A stretch of DNA of 64,000 nucleotides from an uncultured Gemmatimonadales bacterium. Its GTDB lineage: Bacteria > Gemmatimonadota > Gemmatimonadetes > Gemmatimonadales > Gemmatimonadaceae. The translations under genes and the position numbers were made by a program. The stretch spans positions 96,001 to 160,000 of the forward strand of contig CAWKNZ010000005.1 of NCBI GenBank assembly GCA_963851265.1, read 5' to 3'. A model generated the notes under the pieces. That model was not told where the DNA came from and made no database searches. It worked only from the letters and a program-made list of their open reading frames with translations. The number at the start of each line of letters is the position of its first letter. Within the stretch, counting starts at the first letter, position 1. Positions 9,873 to 19,757 of the stretch are shown here, in pieces.

Positions 9873-11474
9873 TCACGCGCCGACGCCCGCCGGCGCGCGC
9901 AGCGCGCGCCCCGTCATCTCGGCAGGCTGCTCGAGCCCGAGCAGCTGCAGCACCGTCGGCGCGATGTCGCAGAGCGCGCCCGTGACGGCCCCGCTGGGGC
10001 CGCCGGGGCCGCCGGGGCCGCCGGCGAGCGGCGCGTCGCCGTCGGGGTCGACGACGACGAACGGGACGGGGTTGGTGGTGTGGGCCGTGTGCGGGCCGCC
10101 GGTCTCGGGATCGATCATCAGTTCGCAGTTGCCGTGGTCGGCGGTCACGAGGAGGCGCGTGCCCGACTGCTCCGCTGCCGCGACGATGCGCGCGAGGCAC
10201 TCGTCGACCACCTCACACGCGCGGATGGTGGCCGGGAGCGAGCCCGAGTGGCCCACCATGTCGCCGTTGGCGAGGTTGCAGAGCATGAACTCGTGCGCCC
10301 GCGACGTGATCGACTTGGTGAGCACGTCGGTCACGCCGCGCGCGCTCATCTCGGGCGCGAGGTCGTACGTCGCCACCTTCTGCGACGGCACGAGGATGCG
10401 CTCCTCGCCGGGGTACGGCGGCTCGTTGCCGCCGTTGAAAAAGTAGGTCACGTGCGGGTACTTCTCGGTCTCGGCCGTCTTGAGCATCGTACGCCCGGCG
10501 TCGCTCAGCACCTCGGCGATGATGCGCGCCATCGACTGCGGCGGGAACGCGGCGCGCACGCCGATCGCCTCCATCGTCGGGTCGTACACGGTCGTCGTCA
10601 CCACCATGAGGCGCGGCCGGCGCGACACGTCGAAGCCGTCGAACGCGGGGTCGGCGAGCGCGCGCACGATCTGCCGCATGCGGTCGCTGCGGTAATTCCA
10701 GCAGATCACCGCGTCGCCGTCGCGCATGGGTGCCACCGGCCGGCCGTCCGCGTCGACCACCGCCATCGGCAGGATGAACTCGTCGGTGGTCCCCGCGTCG
10801 TACGCCTGCCGGATCGCCTCGACCGGGTCCGTCGTCGTCGGCCCGGTGCCGTCGACGGCCGCGCGGTACGCGAGCTCGACGCGCGGCCACCGCTTGTCGC
10901 GATCCATGCCGTAGTAGCGGCCGCCTAACGACGCGACGACGGCGCGCCCGCCGGCGGCAGCCAGGGTCTCGCGCATGTACCCGAGCGCGCTCTTGGGCAG
11001 CGTGTCGCGCCCGTCGAGCATCGCGTGGATCGCCACGCGCGGCACGCCGCGCCGCGCGGCGAGGTCGATGAGCGCGAACAGGTGCCGGTCGAGCGCGTGC
11101 ACGCCGCCGGCGCCCAGCAGGCCGAGCAGGTGCAGCGTGCCGCCGTTGCCGCGCACCTGGTCGCACGCCGCGACGAAGGCCGCGTTGTCGAAGAACGTGC
11201 GGTCCTCGATCGCGGCCGTGATGCGCACCATGTCCTGCATCACCACGCGCCCGGCGCCGAGATTGAGGTGGCCGACCTCGCTGTTGCCCATCTGCCCGTC
11301 GGGGAGCCCCACGCGGCGGCCCGAGGCGTGGAGGAGGGTGCGCGCGCGCCGCCGCCACAAGGCGTCCCACGTCGGCGTGTTGGCCAGCGCGATGGCGTTC
11401 CCCTCGCGCTCGGCGCGGTACCCCCAGCCGTCGAGGACGACGAGGGCGACAGGTCGGGATCGGGGGTCGGGCAT
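9873..11474 (-). CDS. gpmI: 2,3-bisphosphoglycerate-independent phosphoglycerate mutase
   Basis: LDGWG, QMGNSEVGH, GRYYGMDRD, ETEKYPHVT, DMVGH and ADHGN motifs. Confidence 0.97.
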   Translation of the reverse strand: MPDPRSRPVALVVLDGWGYRAEREGNAIALANTPTWDALWRRRARTLLHASGRRVGLPDGQMGNSEVGHLNLGAGRVVMQDMVRITAAIEDRTFFDNAAFVAACDQVRGNGGTLHLLGLLGAGGVHALDRHLFALIDLAARRGVPRVAIHAMLDGRDTLPKSALGYMRETLAAAGGRAVVASLGGRYYGMDRDKRWPRVELAYRAAVDGTGPTTTDPVEAIRQAYDAGTTDEFILPMAVVDADGRPVAPMRDGDAVICWNYRSDRMRQIVRALADPAFDGFDVSRRPRLMVVTTTVYDPTMEAIGVRAAFPPQSMARIIAEVLSDAGRTMLKTAETEKYPHVTYFFNGGNEPPYPGEERILVPSQKVATYDLAPEMSARGVTDVLTKSITSRAHEFMLCNLANGDMVGHSGSLPATIRACEVVDECLARIVAAAEQSGTRLLVTADHGNCELMIDPETGGPHTAHTTNPVPFVVVDPDGDAPLAGGPGGPGGPSGAVTGALCDIAPTVLQLLGLEQPAEMTGRALRAPAGVGA

Positions 11475-11835
11475 GATGACGTGGAGCCGGGGGCAGTGGG
11501 GACGGGCGCTCACAGATCGGCCGGCGGCTTCCGCCGCGGCGTGCGACCGCGGTGCCGCGGTGGGCGCCGGCGCACGGCCAATCTAGCCCGTCGGGGCTGA
11601 CGCGCCGACCACCAACGGCGGACTCGCGCGGTTGACCGTGCGGTCAGGCGCGGCGCGCCACTGTGGCGCTCGCGGGGGCACAATTCGAGCGCCGCCGGGT
11701 GCTAACTTCGTCCGCGTTCGCTCGTCGTGACCGTAGTTCGACCGTTTGCCCGCCTCGCAGCGCCCCTCCTCCGGGCCGCGCGCGCCGTACCCCGTGCGCG
11801 CTCGTGTCCGTCGCCGTCGCACAGCCGGTCCCGCC

Positions 11836-13115
11836 ATGTCGCCTCGGTTTTCCGTCGCCCGCTCCGTCGCCGCCGTCTGTTGCGCGGCCGCGGTCGCCAC
11901 CGCCCTGACCGCCGCGCCGGCCGCCGCGCACCCGACCCGCCCGCGCGCGGGCCGCGCGAGCGCGAGTCGCGCGAGTGCAGCCCGCGCGAGTGCGACTCGC
12001 GCCAGTCGGGCGGCCAGCCACGCGCACGCGGCCGCACACGCGCTCATGCGGCGCACGCCGCGCACGCGGCCCGGAACGCGAGCAGTGCCCGCGTCAGCGC
12101 GCACGCCCGCGTGCGGGGCGGGCATCCGCGCGAGCAGTCGGCGCGCGCGCGCCGGGCGGCTGCGTACGCGGAGACGGAGGCGCGCCTCGACGCCCGACTC
12201 GCGATGCCGGTCGTGCCGTTGCTCCCGGCGATCAACGTCGGGCTTCCCGCCCTCGCGACCGCGGTCGCGCCGGCGGCGACCCTGGCCGCTGTGCCTCCGG
12301 GCGACACGCTCGCGGGGCGCAGTGGCAAGCTGCGCGCGCGGTTCATCGTCGCGTCGGCGGCGATCGCGGGGGTGGCCAAGTCTCTCACGGCGTACTTCCC
12401 GTACCTTCGCCGGCTGTTGGGCGATTCGGCGACGGCCACGCCGGGCGTGTACGCGGCGTCGGTCGGCGCCGGGCGCCCGGCGTTCGCGTTCATCAACATG
12501 CTGCCGTTCAGCCGCAAGGTGGACGGCCGCGTCGGCGAGTACCGCATGGGCTACTGGCCCGGCGAAACGTCGAGCGGGGTCGGCGGGGCGTACGGCAACC
12601 CGACGGGATTCATCGAGGTCACGGCCGACAACCAGGCGACCTACGTCTCGGAGCACTTCCAGCTCGCCGACTTCCTCACGCACGACCAGCAGAACGTCTG
12701 GCCCAAGTACCTCGTGCTGCGCGAGCCGCTCCTCGACAAGCTCGAGCTCGTGCTCGACGACCTGCGTGCGCACGGCTACCGGGCCGACCGGCTGCACGTG
12801 ATGAGCGGATTCCGCACGCCGCAGTACAACCAGAGCGGCGGCGACCCGAGCGGGCGCGCCGAGCGGAGCCGGCACCAGTACGGCGACGCGGCGGACGTGT
12901 GGGTCGAGAACGGCAGCGGCGTGATGGCCGACCTCAACGGCGACGGCCGCATCGACACGCGCGATGCGGCCGTGCTGGCCGCGGCGGCGGAGCGGGTGGA
13001 GCAGGCGCACCCGGAGCTCGTCGGCGGCGTGGGGATCTACCGCGGGACCGGCGCTCACGGCCCGTTCGTGCACATCGACACCCGCGGCCAGCGCGCGCGG
13101 TGGGGCAGGGCCTGA
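11836..13115 (+). CDS. Secreted peptidase M15A-like (Hedgehog/DD-peptidase fold) protein, likely frameshifted near 12040
   Basis: SGFRTPQYN, SRHQYGDAAD and FVHIDTRG Zn-ligand motifs in frame 11727..13115; the signal peptide from ATG 11836 is in a different frame. Confidence 0.8.
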
Positions 13116-14299
13116 CCGTCGCCGATCCGCCACCGCGTGAGCGGCTGACCCTCTTCGAGCTCGCCCGGCTCGAGGAAGCGCGCCGCGAGGCGGCGAGCGT
13201 TCAGGACGGGCTGCGCGCCGACGCGGGCGCGACTTCTACGGGCCGTCGCGCGGTGCCCGGGCTCGCTGCGGCCCGCCGCGGGCTGCAGTTCGCCGCGCTC
13301 GCGCTGGTGGCGGTCGGGGCGGTGATCGCGTTCAAGCCGTCGCTCGACGCGACGACCGCCTCCGTGGCGCCGCGCAGCGTGCTCCCCGCGCCGGCCCCCG
13401 TCGCCGCCGGCCCGCGCGTCGCGTCGTCCGATCCGTCGGCCGTGCCGGTGCGCGTGCCCCTGCACCCCGCGTTCGGCGTGAGCCAGGCGGTGTACCTGCG
13501 CGTCGCGATGCCGGGGCAGGTGATCGAGTACCCGGTCGCGCCCGACGGCGCCGGCGCGGGGGTGACCTACGAGTGGACGCGCGCGAGCGACCAGTCGGTC
13601 GCCACCGAGGCGCTCCCGCTGACGGGGTCGGTGGTGGTCGCGCCCGCGCAGCCGGGCGTCTACCACCTCGCGCTCGTGCACGGCGCGGCGCGGCGGCTGC
13701 TCGACGACGTCACGCTCGCCGTGCTCACCCCGTTCGCCGAGAAGCTGGGGGGCGTGTTGCACGGCTACCGCATCGGCCGCTACCCGCTCGAGGCGTTCGG
13801 CGGCGAGACGCCGTCGGGCTTCATCGAGGTGATGCCCGCGACGGCCCGCCTGCCGGTCTCGCGCCACCTGCGGCTCGAGGATTTCATCACGCACGACGGC
13901 CAGGCGCAGTGGCCGCGCTACGTCGCCGTTAAGCCGCAGCTGCTCGACAAGATCGAGCTCGTCGCCGACGAGGTCGCGCGGCTGCGCGGCGTGCGCGATC
14001 CCGTGCGCGTGGCGCTCGACGTGCACTCGGGGTTCCGCACCCCCGCGCACAACGGCGGCGTCGAAGGCGCGGCGTTCAACAGCCGGCACCAGTATGGCGA
14101 CGCGGCCGACGTGGCCATCGACGCGGACGGCGACGGGCGGTTCACGGCGATCGACGCGCAGCTGGTGCAGTCGGCGGCCGAGGTCGTCGAGCGGCAGCAC
14201 CCCGAGCTGGTCGGCGGGCTGGGGCTGTACACGAGTGTGGCGTCGCCCTACGTGCACGTGGACGTGCGGGGGACGCGCGCGCGGTGGTGGCGGCGGTAG
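13112..14299 (+). CDS. Second M15A-like peptidase with N-terminal TM anchor (start codon uncertain)
   Basis: SGFRTPAHN, SRHQYGDAAD and YVHVDVRG motifs; TM segment LQFAALALVAVGAVIAF. Confidence 0.8.
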   Translation: MTVADPPPRERLTLFELARLEEARREAASVQDGLRADAGATSTGRRAVPGLAAARRGLQFAALALVAVGAVIAFKPSLDATTASVAPRSVLPAPAPVAAGPRVASSDPSAVPVRVPLHPAFGVSQAVYLRVAMPGQVIEYPVAPDGAGAGVTYEWTRASDQSVATEALPLTGSVVVAPAQPGVYHLALVHGAARRLLDDVTLAVLTPFAEKLGGVLHGYRIGRYPLEAFGGETPSGFIEVMPATARLPVSRHLRLEDFITHDGQAQWPRYVAVKPQLLDKIELVADEVARLRGVRDPVRVALDVHSGFRTPAHNGGVEGAAFNSRHQYGDAADVAIDADGDGRFTAIDAQLVQSAAEVVERQHPELVGGLGLYTSVASPYVHVDVRGTRARWWRR

Positions 14300-14350
14300 G
14301 CGCGTCGCGTTAGGCGAATCGCGCTGCGCGCGACCGGGGCGCGTCGTCGT

Positions 14351-16840
14351 CTACGGCGCGACCTTGTTCCCGAGCAGCACCTCGCCCCCGTGCCACCCCT
14401 GGTCGTCGTGCGAGAGCGTCATCCAGAACGTCACGTCCTTGCGCCCCTGATCGCCTAACGAGCCACCGCCGCCGCGCCAGCGCAGCGGCACGCGGAACGC
14501 GACGCGGGCGCGGGCCCCCTCGTCCGACGCCTCGCCGATCGCGGGCGCGTCGGCCGAGAGCCCCCGCGTGCCTTCGAGCCAGCTGACGAAGTCGTGCGAC
14601 GCCGACCCGTCGACCGCGCGCGCCGCGAGCCGGCGCGACACCTCCGCCACGTCACGCGCGTCGAGCGACGCGACGAAGCGCTGCACCTCGGTGCGCAGCT
14701 CCGCCGACGTCGGGCGCGTGATCGGACGTGCCGGCGCGGCCGCGACGGCAGCACCCGAGCGGGGCGCGACGACGACGCGAACGACGCGCGAGAGTTCGCC
14801 CGAGGTGGCGGTGACCGCGACCGGCCCGCCCGGCGCGAGCGCGACCACCCAACCGTTGCGCAGCGCGACGCGTGCGGGGTCGGCCGACGCCCACTGTACC
14901 GTGGCGGCGACGAGGCGCGTGCCGCGCGCGTCGTTCACGCGCGCCCGGAGGCGCGCCGAATCGCCCACGGGCAGCGCGAGCGTGCCGCGCGTCGGGGCGC
15001 CGACGACCAGCAGGGCGGCGGGCGGGCCGGGCGGGCCGGCTGACGGCGGGACCGTCGAGTCGACGCCCGCGGCCGCGGCGCCCACGGCCCCGGCCGGAGC
15101 GCTAGCGGCTGCCGAGTCCGCGATCGGCGCCGCGCTGGCCGTCGGGGCGGGAAGGGCCGCCGGCGTTGCCGCCGGGGCGGTCGCGGAAGCCGGCACCGGG
15201 GCCGGAATCACGGTCGGCGCGGCCGCCGAACCCGAGTGGAGCGCGAGCCCCACGCCCGCGAGCATCGCCGCGACCACGGCGGCCGCGAGCCACGGCCAGA
15301 TTCGGCGCTCGGAATCGCGGCGCGAGATCGGCCCCTCAAGCAGCGGCGTCTCGGAGACGCCGTCTGCCACCGCGTGTGACGTGGCGCTGGAGGCCGGCGC
15401 GTACGCCGCTGCGGCTGTGTCGGGCGCGTACGCCGCCGCGCCCGGCGGTGCGGCGCCGTTTTCGCGCGATACGCCCTCGAACGCGGTGTCGGCGAGCGCC
15501 GGCGTCGGCGGCATTGCGACGACCGCCGCCGCCGCCGGGACGACCGGCACGGCTGGCAGCGGTACCGGCCCCGCGGGGGCGACCGACGCCGGCGCGAGCG
15601 ACACCGGCACGAACGTCGTCGGCGTGACCTTGGGTGGAACGAAGCTCGGCGCGGGCGCGACCGCGGGCGGCGGCGCCGGCGGCGGGACGACGTGTCCCTC
15701 CGCGGCCTGGGGCCCGCCCGCCCGCCGCTCGACCGCGACCTCGGGCTGCGGAGCCTGAACGTCGGGGGGCGGTACCTCGCGCACCCCGGGCGTGTTGGCC
15801 GCCGGGATGAGCCGGCTCAGGCGTTCGCGCAGGACCGGCGGCGAGTCGCGCGGGATGGCCGACAGTGCCTGGCTCACCGAGCGCAGGTCCGGGAAGCGCT
15901 CGCTCGGCGCCTTGGCGAGCATCACACGTACGACCGCGCCGAACGCCGGCGGCACGCCGTCGCGCCGCGCCGAGAGCACCGGCGCCTCGGAGCGCAGGTG
16001 CTGCTCCTGAATCGCGTACTGGGTGCCGTCGAACGGTACCTCGCCCGTGACGAGGTGGTAGGCCACCACGCCGAGCGCGTACTGGTCGGACGCGGGCGTG
16101 AGCGGCTCCACGCGCCACTGCTCGGGGCTCATGTAGTGCGGCGTGCCGATCGCGAACCCGGTGCGGGTCAGCTGCTCCGCCTCCGCCACCTTGGCGATGC
16201 CGAAGTCGGTCACCACCACGCCGCCCGCGCGGTCGAGCAGGATGTTGCCGGGCTTCACGTCGCGGTGCACGACGCCGTGTTCGTGCGCGTACTGGAGGGC
16301 GAGCGCGACCTGGTCGACCACGTGCGCGGCCAGGTCGGGCGCGAGCGGCCCCGCACTGCGCAGCAGCTGGTCGAGCGAGCAGCCGTCGATGTATTTCATG
16401 ACGAAGTAGCGCAGCCCCTGCGCCTCCTTCGCCCGGTACACGCGCACCACGCTCGGGTGGTCGTCGAGGTTGGCCGCGGTGCGCGCCTCCTGCAGGAAGC
16501 GCTGCGACATCGTCGGGTGGTGCGCCAGCTCGGGAAGCAGCACCTTGATCGCGACGTAGCGCGCGAGCTCGCGGTCCCACGCCAGATACACGGCCGCCAT
16601 CCCGCCGTGGCCGACCTCGCGGAGCACGTCGTACTCGCCCTGCGTGGCCATACGGAGGCGGGCCAGCAGATGGTCTTCGCCCACCTCGCCCGACGAGGTG
16701 AGTGGCGCGCCGCACGACGGACAGAAGCGCGAGCCCGCGCTCGCGACGGTGCCGCAGCGCGGGCACACGACGCTCGCCGTCGCCGCACCGCTGAACGGCG
16801 CGCCGGAGGACGGCGGAGCGGTAGGAGTCGGGTCCGACAT
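14351..16840 (-). CDS. Hanks-type Ser/Thr protein kinase (Zn ribbon - kinase - Pro-rich linker - TM - Ig-like region)
   Basis: CPRC/CPSC; GHGGMAAVY, VAIK, HRDVKPGN, DFG and GTPHYMSPE motifs; TM 'IWPWLAAAVVAAMLAGVGL'. Confidence 0.92.
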   Translation of the reverse strand: MSDPTPTAPPSSGAPFSGAATASVVCPRCGTVASAGSRFCPSCGAPLTSSGEVGEDHLLARLRMATQGEYDVLREVGHGGMAAVYLAWDRELARYVAIKVLLPELAHHPTMSQRFLQEARTAANLDDHPSVVRVYRAKEAQGLRYFVMKYIDGCSLDQLLRSAGPLAPDLAAHVVDQVALALQYAHEHGVVHRDVKPGNILLDRAGGVVVTDFGIAKVAEAEQLTRTGFAIGTPHYMSPEQWRVEPLTPASDQYALGVVAYHLVTGEVPFDGTQYAIQEQHLRSEAPVLSARRDGVPPAFGAVVRVMLAKAPSERFPDLRSVSQALSAIPRDSPPVLRERLSRLIPAANTPGVREVPPPDVQAPQPEVAVERRAGGPQAAEGHVVPPPAPPPAVAPAPSFVPPKVTPTTFVPVSLAPASVAPAGPVPLPAVPVVPAAAAVVAMPPTPALADTAFEGVSRENGAAPPGAAAYAPDTAAAAYAPASSATSHAVADGVSETPLLEGPISRRDSERRIWPWLAAAVVAAMLAGVGLALHSGSAAAPTVIPAPVPASATAPAATPAALPAPTASAAPIADSAAASAPAGAVGAAAAGVDSTVPPSAGPPGPPAALLVVGAPTRGTLALPVGDSARLRARVNDARGTRLVAATVQWASADPARVALRNGWVVALAPGGPVAVTATSGELSRVVRVVVAPRSGAAVAAAPARPITRPTSAELRTEVQRFVASLDARDVAEVSRRLAARAVDGSASHDFVSWLEGTRGLSADAPAIGEASDEGARARVAFRVPLRWRGGGGSLGDQGRKDVTFWMTLSHDDQGWHGGEVLLGNKVAP

Positions 16841-17075
16841 GTGGGCCTCGCTGCGCGCGAGCCTGACGAGGGGGAGCCGCGGCCGATGGGATGCGCGGGC
16901 CGGGACGCTGCGGCGAAGGTGGGTAGGTGTGTGCGCTGCCGTCAAGACAGCGGCGCGAACCCGAACGGCGGCGGCACACGTATCGCCGCGTATGGCCCGC
17001 AGCGCGGCGCCGCGCGCGTTGTCCCCACGTGATCTCGCACTCTAGACTACGCGCCCAACCCCATCGCCACTCCTC

Positions 17076-17561
17076 ATGGCCGACCACATCCGCGATCGTA
17101 TCAGCCGCAAGCTCGCCACGCTCGGCGAGGAGCGCCTCTACCAGGTGCTCGATTACGTCGAGTTCCTCGAGCTGCGCTACGGGCAGCCCGCCGCCAACCC
17201 AGTCCCGGCCAACCCCTTCCAGCGCTTCGCCGATGGCGTCGAGGACCGGTTGCGCGCCGGTGGCATTGCCGCGTCGACCGTGTCGGAGGCGATGGGGTTT
17301 CTGAACAAGGCCGTGGGCGTGCTGAACGACGTCGCCACCGCGGGCCGCACGGTCGCCACCGACCTCGCGAGCGCGGCGCAGCGCATGACCGAACCGTCAC
17401 CGGGCTCGGCGGCCGGCAGTCCGGCCGGTACGGCATCTGCTCAGGGGACGCGCACCGCCGGCTCACCTGCCGCCCCGGCGCCGCACGGCGCGACGTCCGG
17501 AGCGGCAGCCCGGCCCGCGACCGATCCGACGGACATGCCGAGCTATCCGTCGCCGTCCTGA
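17076..17561 (+). CDS. Hypothetical protein (N-terminus resembles DUF2281-like helices)
   Basis: ATG start with a helical N-terminal half ('LYQVLDYVEFLELRY') and a low-complexity tail. Confidence 0.65.
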   Translation: MADHIRDRISRKLATLGEERLYQVLDYVEFLELRYGQPAANPVPANPFQRFADGVEDRLRAGGIAASTVSEAMGFLNKAVGVLNDVATAGRTVATDLASAAQRMTEPSPGSAAGSPAGTASAQGTRTAGSPAAPAPHGATSGAAARPATDPTDMPSYPSPS

Positions 17562-17583
17562 CCTCTTTTCTGGAGCTGTCCCC

Positions 17584-18048
17584 GTGCCCGCGACCCGCGC
17601 CGATTCGCTTCCGTCGTCCACCACGCGCGCTCCGCGCACGCGCACCGAGGCCAAGCGCACGCTCCTCGACACCATCCGGCAGATTCCGGCCTACCTGCGG
17701 CTGCTCGGCGGCCTGCTGCTGGACCGGCGCGTGTCGACGCTCGACAAGGCCCTCGTCGCCGGCGCGATCGCGTACGTCGTGTCGCCGCTCGACCTCATCC
17801 CCGACTTCATCCCGTTCATCGGTGAAGTGGATGACGTGTTCGTCATGATGCTGGCGCTGCAGCGGCTGGTGTCGCATGCGGGGCACGACGTGCTGCTCGA
17901 CCACTGGCACGGCGACCCGGACGAGCTCGAGGATCTGAACCTGAAGGAGGTCGTGAGCGCGGCGACGTTGTTCCTGCCGGGCGGCGTGCGCACGAAGCTC
18001 GTCGGCATGGTGCGGCGCGGGATGGCGCGTCCGGCCAAGCAGCGGTAG
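17584..18048 (+). CDS. DUF1232/YkvA family membrane protein
   Basis: 'AIAYVVSPLDLIPDFIPFIGEVDD' signature. Confidence 0.9.
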   Translation: MPATRADSLPSSTTRAPRTRTEAKRTLLDTIRQIPAYLRLLGGLLLDRRVSTLDKALVAGAIAYVVSPLDLIPDFIPFIGEVDDVFVMMLALQRLVSHAGHDVLLDHWHGDPDELEDLNLKEVVSAATLFLPGGVRTKLVGMVRRGMARPAKQR

Positions 18049-18063
18049 ACCGCCGCGCCGGGG

Positions 18064-19717
<1,654 letters not shown>

Positions 19718-19757
19718 CGAACGCGGCGGAGTGGCGCCGCCGCTGCAGGCGGCCGCG

